NCBI GenBank assembly: GCA_045546615.1
Contig: JAZQDD010000020.1
Location: 972 to 64,971 of the forward strand
Direction of reading: 5' to 3'
DNA length: 64,000 nt
From: Eubacteriales bacterium
GTDB lineage: Bacteria > Bacillota > Clostridia > Oscillospirales > CAG-272
Part shown: positions 24,506 through 36,508 of the stretch, in pieces
Numbering within the stretch: position 1 is the first letter of the stretch
How the letters are laid out: every line of letters begins with the position of its first letter
Made by a program: the position numbers and the translations under genes
Notes under the pieces: model-generated
What the model saw: the letters and a program-made list of their open reading frames with translations, nothing else
Databases searched by the model: none
What the model was told of the DNA's origin: nothing

Positions 24506-26056
24506 ATGAAGAAATTTTTTGCTCTTATGCTGTCAGTCCTCATGCTCGCAGCATGCCTGACCGCTTGTTCCAAGCCCGGCGACGGCGACACTACCACTAC
24601 CGGTGGCACCATTGCACCTGCAGTTGACCTTACCGGTACTTACGACATCACCATGTGGGTTTCCGAGAAGGAAGGCGTTGCCGCTAAATTCCAGGAACAG
24701 ATCGACGCTTTCGAGGCTGCTAACCCCGGCATCGTTATCAACGCTCAGATCGAGGGTGTTACCGAGGCTGACGCAGGCTCCCTCGTAGTTAACGACGTTG
24801 CTACCGCACCCGACATCTACTGCTTTGCACAGGACCAGCTCGCTCGTCTTGTTCAGGCAGCAGCTCTCGCAGCTCCCCCCTCTAAGATCGCTGATAACAT
24901 CAAGAATTCTAACGATGCAGGCTCCGTAGCAGCAGCTACCGTTGCAGGCACTCTTTACGCTTATCCTATGACCAGCGATAACGGTTACTTTATGTACTAT
25001 GACAAGAGCATAATCTCTGACGAGGATGCTGAGAGCCTTGAGAAGATCATCGCAGCTTGCGAGGCTAACAATGTTAAGTTCCGTTACGCTCTTGAGAACG
25101 CTTGGTACACCGCTTCCTTCTTCTTTGCAACCGGATGCCACTCCAACTGGACCATGGATGCAGAGGGCAAATTCAACGCAGTTGACGATACCTTCAACTC
25201 TGCTGCAGGTCTTGCCGCAATGAAGGGTATGCAGAAGCTCGCTAAGTCCTCTTGCTACGACAGCAACGCTGATATCTTCACCGATGCAGGTGTTGTTATC
25301 ACCGGTATCTGGAACGCAGAGGCAGCAGCAGCTCACTTCGGCGCAAACCTCGGTGCTACCGACCTTCCTTCCTTCAACGTTGACGGCAAGGATTACCACC
25401 TCGGCTCCTACACCGGTAACAAGCTTATGGGTGTAAAGCCTCAGACTGACGTTAACAAGGCAGCTGTTCTTGCTCTTCTTGCTGAGTACCTTACCGGTGA
25501 AGCTTGCCAGAGCCAGAGATTCGAGTCTTTCCAGTGGGGTCCCTCCAACAAGGCAGCTCAGGCTTCCCCCGCAGTTCAGGCTAACGTATCCCTCGCAGCT
25601 CTTGCTAAGCAGGGCGAGTTCGGTGTTCCCCAGGGCCAGATCCACGGTTCTTGGTGGGATATCGCAAAGGTTCTCGGCGCTGACGCTAAGGCAGCAGCTT
25701 CCGACGCTGACCTCCAGACTGCTCTTAACGAGTACAAGGCAGCTATCGACGGTCTTCTTACCATGACCGACGAGCAGAAGAGCGCTTGGGGCGTTATCGG
25801 TGCTATCTGCGGTACCAACTGGGATACCGATTTCCCCATGACCAAGGTCAACGACACCACCTATGAGTCTGCAGTTCTCGAGCTGAAGGCCGGTCAGGAG
25901 TTCAAGGTTCGTCAGGGCGCATCTTGGGACGTAAACTTCGGCGCAGATGGCTTCAACAGCTCCACTAACTGCGTTGTAGAGGCTGACGGCAACTACAAGG
26001 TACAGCTTGTTTGGGACGGCGCACAGACCGGCACCGTAACCCTTATTCCCGCATAA
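24506..26056 (+). CDS. ABC sugar-binding lipoprotein (MalE/CycB/GanS-like) with extra C-terminal beta-sandwich, CBM-like domain
   Basis: AGGAGG RBS before ATG 24506. Lipobox LTACSK. Family-1 solute-binding-protein (SBP) length, plus a ~100-aa tail WGVIGAICGTNWDTDFPM...GQEFKVRQGASWDVNFG. Strongly biased codon usage. Confidence 0.88.
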   Translation: MKKFFALMLSVLMLAACLTACSKPGDGDTTTTGGTIAPAVDLTGTYDITMWVSEKEGVAAKFQEQIDAFEAANPGIVINAQIEGVTEADAGSLVVNDVATAPDIYCFAQDQLARLVQAAALAAPPSKIADNIKNSNDAGSVAAATVAGTLYAYPMTSDNGYFMYYDKSIISDEDAESLEKIIAACEANNVKFRYALENAWYTASFFFATGCHSNWTMDAEGKFNAVDDTFNSAAGLAAMKGMQKLAKSSCYDSNADIFTDAGVVITGIWNAEAAAAHFGANLGATDLPSFNVDGKDYHLGSYTGNKLMGVKPQTDVNKAAVLALLAEYLTGEACQSQRFESFQWGPSNKAAQASPAVQANVSLAALAKQGEFGVPQGQIHGSWWDIAKVLGADAKAAASDADLQTALNEYKAAIDGLLTMTDEQKSAWGVIGAICGTNWDTDFPMTKVNDTTYESAVLELKAGQEFKVRQGASWDVNFGADGFNSSTNCVVEADGNYKVQLVWDGAQTGTVTLIPA

Positions 26057-26070
26057 ACGAATCATTTACA

Positions 26071-26097
26071 GATTGGGGAGCTCTTAGCTCCCCAATC
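26071..26097 (+). terminator. intercistronic hairpin (attenuator/mRNA stabiliser) after the binding-protein gene
   Basis: GATTGGGGAGC-TCTTA-GCTCCCCAATC, with no U-tract. Confidence 0.5.
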
Positions 26098-26145
26098 TCG
26101 AAAAAAAGGCATTGTTAGCCGAATACATGGACAACAATTGTCGTT

Positions 26146-27792
26146 ATGTATCGCCTGACAATGTTTTCTTATTATAAAAAGGAGTTTATAAACTCGGTTT
26201 ATGTTTTGGCTATGAAAAGATTAAACGATTTAGATTATTTAAAGCTAAATAAGTTCGGAAAACTTTTATATAAGCTAAAGCTGTTCCTTTTTGCCATTCC
26301 CGTTTTCTTCAAAAATCTCGGGCTTAAAATATTCGGAGCCATTAAGGGCTTCGGCTTGGGTATCAAGAACAGCGTTTCGGATATTGCTTACACCTTTGCA
26401 AAGGGTAACTGGGCTGTAAAGCTTTCATTTTTTGTGTTTGGCTTTGGTAACTTCTACTACGGTCAGATACTTCGCGGAATCCTCTTTTTGCTTTTTGAGG
26501 TGGTATTTATCGGGTACATGATAGTCCCCAGCGGCGGTATGTATTGGCTCTCAAAGGTCAATTGGTTCCAAAACGGCGAAACTGTCGGAACTGTGCAGGG
26601 CGGAAATATTTTAGTTGAACACCCCGTTCTTGGTTTTATGACGCAGAAGGTGGAGGGCGATGACTCGGTAAAGGTACTTCTCTATGGACTTCTTACCGTT
26701 ATTTTCATAATTGCCTTTGTTTACACATGGCGGATGCAGATCAAGCAGTGCCGTATCTGTATGGACATTACCGCAAAGGGCAAAAAGGTCAAGAGTGGCA
26801 AGGACGACCTTCGCTCCCTTGTTGACGACCAGTTCCACAAGACTTTGCTTGCTCTTCCTCTTGCGGGAATACTCATTTTCACGGTTCTTCCCATCATTTA
26901 CATGGTGCTTATCGCCTTTACGAGCTATGACGCCGCGCACGACGGATACTCCAACCTCTTTTCTTGGGTAGGTCTTGAGCATTTCAACGAGCTTTTGGAC
27001 TTCGGTAAGGGCGGTATCGGTCTTGCCTTTGGCGAGATACTCTCGTGGACTCTTATGTGGGCATTTTTTGCGACGTTTACAAACTACTTCCTTGGTATGT
27101 TCGTTGCGATACTGATAAACAAAAAGGGCATAAGGCTTAAAAAGCTCTGGAGAACGGTGCTGGTAATGACTATCGCTATTCCCCAGTTTGTTTCTCTGCT
27201 TTACGTTGCGAAGCTCTTTGATTCGTCGGGTATCATAGGTAAGCTCTTGCTTGAATGGAATCTTATTCCCGACTCGATGGTTGCGGCAAATCAGTTGTCC
27301 CTTTGGCAAAACCCGATATCTTCAAAGATACTTCTCATAGTTCTGAATATCTGGGTAGGTATCCCCTACATTATGCTTATGGCTACGGGAATACTGATGA
27401 ATATTCCGCAGGACCTCTACGAATCCTCTCGCATTGACGGTGCAACGGGCTGGAAGCAGTATTCAAAGATCACGCTTCCCTATATGATGTTCGTTATGGG
27501 TCCGTATCTGCTGACGAGCTTCGTTAACAACCTCAACAACTTCAACGTTATCTACCTGCTTACGCAGAACAACCAGCTCATCAATACCGACATCGGTACT
27601 GCGGGCGGCGTTTCGGTCTGCGAGACTGACCTTCTTATCACGTGGCTGTATAAGATGACGCTGAACAGCGCAGAGAGTAAATACTATATGGCGTCGATCA
27701 TTGGTATTCTCGTGTTCGTCGTTGTTGCGGTGCTGTCCCTTATCGTATATAACGTAATGCCGTCTACGAGAAACGAGGAGGATTACAAGTGA
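26146..27792 (+). CDS. ABC sugar permease (MalF/GanP-like)
   Basis: Multi-TM protein with an EAA-type loop (ESSRIDGATGWKQYSKITLP). The start is ambiguous (ATG at 26146, 26161 or 26212) and no convincing SD sequence is seen. Confidence 0.85.
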   Translation: MYRLTMFSYYKKEFINSVYVLAMKRLNDLDYLKLNKFGKLLYKLKLFLFAIPVFFKNLGLKIFGAIKGFGLGIKNSVSDIAYTFAKGNWAVKLSFFVFGFGNFYYGQILRGILFLLFEVVFIGYMIVPSGGMYWLSKVNWFQNGETVGTVQGGNILVEHPVLGFMTQKVEGDDSVKVLLYGLLTVIFIIAFVYTWRMQIKQCRICMDITAKGKKVKSGKDDLRSLVDDQFHKTLLALPLAGILIFTVLPIIYMVLIAFTSYDAAHDGYSNLFSWVGLEHFNELLDFGKGGIGLAFGEILSWTLMWAFFATFTNYFLGMFVAILINKKGIRLKKLWRTVLVMTIAIPQFVSLLYVAKLFDSSGIIGKLLLEWNLIPDSMVAANQLSLWQNPISSKILLIVLNIWVGIPYIMLMATGILMNIPQDLYESSRIDGATGWKQYSKITLPYMMFVMGPYLLTSFVNNLNNFNVIYLLTQNNQLINTDIGTAGGVSVCETDLLITWLYKMTLNSAESKYYMASIIGILVFVVVAVLSLIVYNVMPSTRNEEDYK

Positions 27793-28673
27793 TGAAAAAA
27801 GATAATAAGGCTATAAAAAAGACGGGGCTTGGCGCAAAGGCAAGCCGCAGGATCGGCAATGCCGTCGCATATATATTGCTTATTCTTATTTCTCTTATAT
27901 GGCTCTTCCCCCTGTTCGGCTTGATACTTGAGTCTTTCAAGGTCGAGGGAACGGGACAGACGAGCTATCTGTGGCCTCAGCAATTCGGACTTGATAACTA
28001 TATCCGTCTTTTCAAGGAAACGGATTTCTTTAAGTGGTTCATCAACACGGGCATTATGGGTGTTTGCACCGCCGTTTTGCAGACGATTTTCGTGCTTGCA
28101 ATGAGCTACGTTCTGTCCAGACTCAGATTTAAGGGCAGAAAGGGACTTATGAACGCTATGCTCGTTCTGGGAATGTTCCCCGGCTTCCTTACGATGCTTC
28201 TTATATATAAAGTGTTCGCGGATTTTGGACTCATTAAGGAAATGGCACCTCTCGGTCTTATTATTGTGTACTGCGCATCCAGCGGTATGGGATACTACGT
28301 TTCCAAGGGCTTCTTTGACACTATTCCGAAGAGCCTTGACGAGGCGGCGAGAGTTGACGGTGCAACGCGCTTTCAGGTGTTCTACAAGGTCATTATGCCG
28401 CTTGCAAAGCCCATCGTAATTTATACGATACTTATGGGCTTTATGGCGCCTTGGGGCGACTTTATGCTCGCAAGCTATCTGATACATCAGAACAGCGCGG
28501 GAATGAACGTTGCCGTCGGTATGTTCGAATGGCTTTCTAAAACTATGGTAAACTCACACTACACCATGTTCTGTGCTGCGGGCGTTGTTGTCGCCATTCC
28601 CGTAACCACCGTATTCCTCTGCTTGCAGAAGTATTACGTTGAGGGCGTCACGGGCGGAGCAGTAAAAGGATAA
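27789..28673 (+). CDS. ABC sugar permease (MalG/GanQ-like)
   Basis: Overlaps the previous stop by 4 nt. EAA loop LDEAARVDGATRFQVFYKVIMPLAKP. Confidence 0.9.
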   Translation: MMKKDNKAIKKTGLGAKASRRIGNAVAYILLILISLIWLFPLFGLILESFKVEGTGQTSYLWPQQFGLDNYIRLFKETDFFKWFINTGIMGVCTAVLQTIFVLAMSYVLSRLRFKGRKGLMNAMLVLGMFPGFLTMLLIYKVFADFGLIKEMAPLGLIIVYCASSGMGYYVSKGFFDTIPKSLDEAARVDGATRFQVFYKVIMPLAKPIVIYTILMGFMAPWGDFMLASYLIHQNSAGMNVAVGMFEWLSKTMVNSHYTMFCAAGVVVAIPVTTVFLCLQKYYVEGVTGGAVKG

Positions 28674-28685
28674 GAGGAGATAAAA

Positions 28686-29810
28686 ATGGCTACTGTAAAA
28701 TTAACTAACGTAAAGAAGATCTACGGCAAGGATACCGTTGCCGTTCAGGACTTCAATCTTGATATTGCTGATAAGGAATTTATCGTTTTCGTAGGTCCTT
28801 CGGGATGCGGAAAATCCACTACTCTCCGTATGATAGCAGGTCTTGAGGACATTTCGGCAGGTACTGTCGAGATCGACGGCGTTGTTGTAAACGATCTTCA
28901 GCCCCGCGACCGTGATATAGCGATGGTATTCCAGAACTACGCGCTTTATCCGCACCTTACGGTATTTGAAAATATGGCATTCAGCCTGCGCCTCAAGAAA
29001 GTTCCGCAGGATGTGGTTTACGAAAAGGTCACTCAGGCGGCTGAAATACTCGGAATTACCGAATATCTCATGAGAAAGCCCCGCGCTCTTTCGGGCGGTC
29101 AGAGACAGCGTGTTGCTATCGGACGCGCTATGGTTCGTGACAGTAAGGTATTCCTTATGGACGAGCCGCTCTCCAACCTTGACGCAAAGCTCCGTAACCA
29201 GATGAGAGCCGAGATCATTTTGCTCCGTCAGAAGATCGACACCACCTTTATCTACGTTACTCACGATCAGACCGAGGCTATGACTCTCGGTGACCGTATC
29301 GTAATAATGAAGGACGGCTTCGTTCAGCAGGTCGGCACGCCTACCGAGGTATTTGATATGCCCGACAACCTCTTCGTTGCAGAGTTTATCGGTGCGCCCA
29401 AGATGAACACCTTTAAGACCCAGCTCGTTTGCGAGAACGGCAAGTACTACGTTACTCCCTACGGTGCAAAGATAGAGGTCACGGGCGCAAAGGCAAATAT
29501 GCTGAAAGAAAAGGGAATCACCTCGCGCGAGATCATTCTCGGTGTTCGTCCCGAGCACTTCGTTCTTTCAAACAAAGACGACAGCGCGGCTATCCCCTGC
29601 AAGATAACCGTAAACGAGATGATGGGTAGTGAGCTTCACCTGCACGGTGTTGAGGAGAACGGCGACAAGCTCATCGTTCGCATTCCTACCATTTCTCTTA
29701 CCGATGAGCAGAGAAGCTCTCTGACATTTGGATCGTACATTCACGTTACTTGCGAGGGCAAGGTAATGCACTTCTTCGATCCCGAAACCGAGAAGAATCT
29801 TCTCACATAA
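28686..29810 (+). CDS. ABC sugar-transport ATPase (MsmK/MalK/UgpC type)
   Basis: Walker A GPSGCGKST, signature LSGGQRQR, Walker B FLMDEPLS, and a C-terminal TOBE-like domain. Confidence 0.94.
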   Translation: MATVKLTNVKKIYGKDTVAVQDFNLDIADKEFIVFVGPSGCGKSTTLRMIAGLEDISAGTVEIDGVVVNDLQPRDRDIAMVFQNYALYPHLTVFENMAFSLRLKKVPQDVVYEKVTQAAEILGITEYLMRKPRALSGGQRQRVAIGRAMVRDSKVFLMDEPLSNLDAKLRNQMRAEIILLRQKIDTTFIYVTHDQTEAMTLGDRIVIMKDGFVQQVGTPTEVFDMPDNLFVAEFIGAPKMNTFKTQLVCENGKYYVTPYGAKIEVTGAKANMLKEKGITSREIILGVRPEHFVLSNKDDSAAIPCKITVNEMMGSELHLHGVEENGDKLIVRIPTISLTDEQRSSLTFGSYIHVTCEGKVMHFFDPETEKNLLT

Positions 29811-29832
29811 TTATCGTTTTCAGAGGGCAAAA

Positions 29833-30456
29833 ATGTTTGAAGAAAAGGAATTTGGCAGTTTAAAATACGTGGTGCGCTATCCCAAGGGACACAAGGCGGG
29901 CGACAAGCACCCGACCATACTGTTTTTGCACGGTGCGGGTACGCGCGGCGATGATCTTGAGATGATAAAGACCAATTCGTTCTTCCGCATCACGGGCGAG
30001 TATGAGGATTTTCCATTCGTATGCGTTGCGCCGCAGTGCAGATGCGTTGACACGTGGTATGATTATTGGGAAACGCTCAAGGCGTTTGTAAAGGATATTC
30101 TTGCGTCGGATTATTGCGACGAGCATCGTTTTTACGTCATAGGCAACAGCATGGGCGGTTACGCCACGTGGCAGATGGGCATCAGTATGCCCGAGGTCAT
30201 TGCCGCCATCGCGCCCATTTGCGGCGGCGGTGTTGCGTGGAATACGGGCAGACTCAAGGACGTTGGCGTTTGGGCGTTCCATGGCGCAAAGGACCCTGCG
30301 GTGAATATCGCGGAATCCATAAGAATGGTCGACGGCGTAAACAAGCGCGGCGGCAATGCAAAGCTGACCGTGTACCCCGACGTGCAGCACGACTGCTGGC
30401 TCAACGCCTACGCAGACCCTGCGCTCTTTGAATGGTTTTTGTCACATACGAAATAA
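29833..30456 (+). CDS. alpha/beta-hydrolase esterase (phospholipase/carboxylesterase-like)
   Basis: FLHGAGTRGDD, nucleophile elbow GNSMGG, FHGAKDP, and a C-terminal His (QHDCW). Confidence 0.7.
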   Translation: MFEEKEFGSLKYVVRYPKGHKAGDKHPTILFLHGAGTRGDDLEMIKTNSFFRITGEYEDFPFVCVAPQCRCVDTWYDYWETLKAFVKDILASDYCDEHRFYVIGNSMGGYATWQMGISMPEVIAAIAPICGGGVAWNTGRLKDVGVWAFHGAKDPAVNIAESIRMVDGVNKRGGNAKLTVYPDVQHDCWLNAYADPALFEWFLSHTK

Positions 30457-30502
30457 AAGCAACAGCAGTTGGTGCAAATGCACCAACTGCTGTTGCTTTT
30501 TT
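30455..30502 (+). terminator. strong rho-independent terminator
   Basis: Perfect stem GCAACAGCAGTTGGTGCA-AA-TGCACCAACTGCTGTTGC followed by TTTTTT. Confidence 0.9.
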
Positions 30503-30513
30503 ATGTGAAAAAC

Positions 30514-30541
30514 TTGACTTTTATACAAAATAAGGTATAAT
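30514..30541 (+). promoter_or_regulatory. promoter of the GH2 gene
   Basis: TTGACT-N16-TATAAT. Confidence 0.65.
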
Positions 30542-30568
30542 ATATAATAGGGTGTCTTAGGCATCTAA

Positions 30569-33157
<2,589 letters not shown>

Positions 33158-33168
33158 GTGAAAGGAGC

Positions 33169-33819
33169 ATGGCTATGCCCGAGAACAAAACCACCCGAGG
33201 AAAGCTTATAATTTTTGAGGGAACGGACGGTTGCGGAAAGACTACGCAGACCGAGCTTTTGCGCCGCCGCATAGCCGAGCATACGGGCGCGCCCTGTCTT
33301 ATTGAGCGCGAACCCGATTCACGAAACATAGTTGGCGCAATCATTCGCTCCGCCCTTTACGGCGGAGTGAAGATAGCGCCTATGAGCATGGCGTATCTCC
33401 ACGTTGCCGACCGTATTGAGCATATTGAGTTTATGCTCCCGTTGCTTGAGCGCGGCACTCACATTGTCTGCGACAGATACTACCCTTCGAATATGGCGTA
33501 CAATTCGGGCGATGCGCTCAGCGTTGAGGACATTTACGAGCTTAACCGTCCCTGCGCCATGCGCCTTGCGCCCGATGCGATAGTGTATCTTGACGTGCCG
33601 CCCGAGGTCACTCGCGCGCGCCGCGAGGCGGACAGAGCCTCGGAGGAGATATACGATGCCGACGATAAGCAAAGGCAGATAAGGGCGCGATTTGAAAACG
33701 CGCTTGACCACATTGCAAAAATGGAGGGCGAGGCGAAGATAATAAGAATCAATGCCGCGCGTCCGATAGATGAGGTCGCGGACGAGATATGGAACAGAGT
33801 CAGCGCGCTTTTGTTCTGA
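33169..33819 (+). CDS. tmk: thymidylate kinase-like nucleotide kinase
   Basis: P-loop FEGTDGCGKTTQ, then REP, VADR, CDRYYPSNMAYN. Start is 11 nt after the GH2 stop. Confidence 0.75.
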   Translation: MAMPENKTTRGKLIIFEGTDGCGKTTQTELLRRRIAEHTGAPCLIEREPDSRNIVGAIIRSALYGGVKIAPMSMAYLHVADRIEHIEFMLPLLERGTHIVCDRYYPSNMAYNSGDALSVEDIYELNRPCAMRLAPDAIVYLDVPPEVTRARREADRASEEIYDADDKQRQIRARFENALDHIAKMEGEAKIIRINAARPIDEVADEIWNRVSALLF

Positions 33820-33840
33820 TAAAATAATTTAAGTCAATAA

Positions 33841-33876
33841 AAGAACCAAGTTCACAAGTGGACTTGGTTCTTTTTT
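33841..33876 (+). terminator. rho-independent terminator
   Basis: AAGAACCAAGT-TCACAAGTGG-ACTTGGTTCTT followed by TTTT. Confidence 0.85.
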
Positions 33877-33997
33877 GTAATATAAATTCAGAAAAAATGC
33901 AGATTAACAAAACGCAAACATTTCACAAAAAAATCAAAAACAACCCAAAGATATAATAAAGGCACAAAATCAAACAAAGACAGAGAGGTAATTTATT

Positions 33998-34363
33998 ATG
34001 AACAGAAACGATCAGCAGTTTATGGCACAGAAAATTCGTACGCAGTATATGGAAAAAGAGTCCACCGAGCTTGACGCGCTCCGCGCGCTTGACGCAAAGG
34101 TAAAGCGTCCAGCAAACGTATTCGCCTACACCTTCGGAAGCATTTCCGCGATCATCATGGGTAGCGGTATGAGCCTCGTTATGACCGACATCGGTGACAT
34201 CATCGGTATCACAAGCGCACTTGTTCCCGGTATTGCGATCGGTGTTGTCGGGCTTGGTATGGCTCTTCTCACCTACCCGATATATAAGAGAATTCTCGGC
34301 AATCGCAAGAAAAAGTACGGCGCTGAAATTTTGAAGATCAGCGAAAAGATAATGAATAACTGA
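33998..34363 (+). CDS. small 2-TM membrane protein, paralog of 37369..37776
   Basis: AGAGAGG RBS. Motifs shared with the paralog: GxGMSL(V/I)MT, GIA(I/V)GVVG, YPIY, (R)KK, EI(L/I). Confidence 0.8.
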   Translation: MNRNDQQFMAQKIRTQYMEKESTELDALRALDAKVKRPANVFAYTFGSISAIIMGSGMSLVMTDIGDIIGITSALVPGIAIGVVGLGMALLTYPIYKRILGNRKKKYGAEILKISEKIMNN

Positions 34364-34379
34364 CAGGAGATGAATTACA

Positions 34380-34628
34380 ATGGGAATCAAGGAATTTTTC
34401 AAGAATGCATTCGCTGATATGAAGGAAAGCACCAAGGCACAGCACGAGGTCGACAAGGCAAACTTTGCCGCAGCAAAAGCAGAGGCAAAAGCAAATTGGG
34501 AGGAAGCAAAGATGTCACCCTCTCAAAGACAGGCAAAAATGCAGGAAGAGCGCGATGCTCAGATTGCGGCGGCGAACGAGCGCAAAGCGGCAGCCGATGC
34601 ACGCATTGATGCGGCAAAGAAAAAATAA
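34380..34628 (+). CDS. small Lys/Ala/Glu-rich coiled-coil protein
   Basis: AGGAG RBS. 82 aa, helical low-complexity (AAKAEAKANWEEAK...). Confidence 0.6.
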   Translation: MGIKEFFKNAFADMKESTKAQHEVDKANFAAAKAEAKANWEEAKMSPSQRQAKMQEERDAQIAAANERKAAADARIDAAKKK

Positions 34629-34637
34629 GAAAGTATA

Positions 34638-34666
34638 AGGCAACACTTATTTTGGTGTTGCCTTTT
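34638..34666 (+). terminator. rho-independent terminator
   Basis: AAGGCAACAC-TTATTTTG-GTGTTGCCTT followed by TTT. Confidence 0.85.
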
Positions 34667-34754
34667 TACAAAAACACGAAGACAGCAACAAAACTTTAAC
34701 ATTTCTGTGCTATAATGAATTGTAAAAACGCAAATAAGTCTTCGGAGGAAGAAA

Positions 34755-35414
34755 ATGTTTAAAATTTTGATCGTGGAGGATGACAGAGATCTCAACCGCA
34801 GTGTGTGTTCTTTTCTCAACAACAGCGGGTATGAGGCGATAGGCTGTCTCGACGCGGAAAGCGCCTACGACGAGATGTACAAGACCACGTTTGACCTTAT
34901 CGTGTCGGACATTATGATGCCGAACATCGACGGGTTTGAATTTGCAAAGACCGTGCGCTCGCTAAACAACGATATCCCGATTTTGTTTATGACCGCGCGT
35001 GACGATTTTGCGTCCAAGCAGAGGGGCTTCCGCATCGGTATCGACGATTATATGACCAAGCCCATCGACCTTGACGAGCTTTTTTTGCGCATCGGCGCAC
35101 TTTTGCGCCGTTCCAAGATCGCCTCAAGCCGTCGCCTTGAGGTTGGTAATTTCATAATGGACGCCGACGAGAGAAGCGCAACGCTTGACGGCGAGGAGAT
35201 ACCCTTGACGGCAAGAGAATTTGACCTTCTTTACAAGCTGTTGTCATATCCGAAAAAGACCTTTACCCGCACACAGCTGATGGATGAGTTTTGGGACGTG
35301 GATACACAGACAAGCACGCGCACCGTTGACGTGTACAGCGCAAAGCTCGCGGATTGCGAATCCTTTGAGATACAGACTGTCCACGGTCTTGGGTACAAGG
35401 CGGTGGTCAAGTGA
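34755..35414 (+). CDS. OmpR-family response regulator
   Basis: GGAGGAAG RBS. Receiver motifs ILIVEDD, DLIVSDIMMP. Winged-helix C-terminus LTAREFDLLYKL...VHGLGYK. Confidence 0.93.
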   Translation: MFKILIVEDDRDLNRSVCSFLNNSGYEAIGCLDAESAYDEMYKTTFDLIVSDIMMPNIDGFEFAKTVRSLNNDIPILFMTARDDFASKQRGFRIGIDDYMTKPIDLDELFLRIGALLRRSKIASSRRLEVGNFIMDADERSATLDGEEIPLTAREFDLLYKLLSYPKKTFTRTQLMDEFWDVDTQTSTRTVDVYSAKLADCESFEIQTVHGLGYKAVVK

Positions 35415-36508
35415 AAAAGGATAAAATAAACCGAAAAATATTCAGTACGGTCAGCAACTTTTTCGTTTTCTTTCTGCTTGCCGCCTTCGTGACGACCTGC
35501 TGTATTATGCTGTTTATTTCGGCTTTGCAGGATTCTGTCGGCAGAGAGTTTACACGGAGCGAGATAACACTTGCCGCAAAGATCACGTTAGTAAACGTGG
35601 TGCTTATCAGTGTTGTAATGGCAACTATAGACTATCTGCGCCGTAAAATCACAGTGGAGCGCCCCGTGAAGATGATCAGCGAAGCAACCTCCAAAATGAT
35701 AGAGGGCGATTTTGACGTTCGTGTTGAGCAGATCGGAAAAATCGGCACGGACGATGGTTTTCATGAGATAATCGAATGTATCAACAAGATGGCAGAGGAG
35801 CTAAAGGGTGTTGAAACGCTCCGCACGGATTTTATTGCCAACGTATCCCATGAGATGAAAACGCCGCTTGCGGTTATGCAAAACTACGGAACGCTCCTTC
35901 AAGCCCCCGAACTTTCGGAGGAAAAGCGCATCGAGTACGCCAAGGTTATTACCGATTCCTCGCGCCGTCTTGCCGACATGATGACGAATATTCTCAAGCT
36001 CAATCGCCTTGAAAACCAGCAGATATACCCAAACCTCACCACATTTGACCTTGGCGAACAGCTATGCGAGAGCCTTTTGCAATTTGAGCATATCTGGGAA
36101 AGAAAAAATATCGAAATTGAAACCGACATAGCCGAGGGAGTATTTATTTTAGCCGATGCGGAGCTTCTCTCGCTTGTATGGAATAATCTTTTCTCCAACG
36201 CCTTTAAGTTTACCGAAGATGGCGGCAAGGTCAGCCTTACTCTTACGTCAGACGGCAAGTATGCTACGGTCAAAATAGCCGACACGGGATGCGGAATGAG
36301 CCGTGAGGTCGGCGAGCATATCTTTGAAAAGTTTTATCAGGCTGATACTTCGCACGCAACGCAGGGCAACGGTCTTGGACTTGCGCTCGTCAAGCGCGTG
36401 GTCGATATCATGCAGGGTGAGATAGGCGTGGAAAGCGCGGTGGGCGTCGGTACTGTCTTTAGTGTTAAAATTGGGAGAATATCTGATGAATTGGAAGAAG
36501 ATAGGTAA
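35411..36508 (+). CDS. sensor histidine kinase with very short extracytoplasmic loop (intramembrane-sensing type)
   Basis: GTG start overlapping the response-regulator stop. Two TM segments ~18 aa apart, then a HAMP domain. H-box FIANVSHEMKTPL, N-box NLFSNAFKF, G-box DTGCGM, GLGLALV. Confidence 0.92.
   Translation: MKKDKINRKIFSTVSNFFVFFLLAAFVTTCCIMLFISALQDSVGREFTRSEITLAAKITLVNVVLISVVMATIDYLRRKITVERPVKMISEATSKMIEGDFDVRVEQIGKIGTDDGFHEIIECINKMAEELKGVETLRTDFIANVSHEMKTPLAVMQNYGTLLQAPELSEEKRIEYAKVITDSSRRLADMMTNILKLNRLENQQIYPNLTTFDLGEQLCESLLQFEHIWERKNIEIETDIAEGVFILADAELLSLVWNNLFSNAFKFTEDGGKVSLTLTSDGKYATVKIADTGCGMSREVGEHIFEKFYQADTSHATQGNGLGLALVKRVVDIMQGEIGVESAVGVGTVFSVKIGRISDELEEDR

Noticed and set aside
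24533-26065. 510-aa ORF on the minus strand
   Set aside because: It is exactly antisense to the solute-binding-protein gene. It has no RBS and a low-complexity Val/Gly/Cys/Ser-rich product. The stop-free shadow frame is explained by the strong codon bias of the plus-strand gene.
26128-26142. Near-palindrome ACAACAATTGTCGT between the binding-protein and permease genes as a possible operator
   Set aside because: It is a single imperfect copy lying inside a transcription unit, not at a promoter. It does not match cre or known LacI-family half-sites, so evidence is insufficient.
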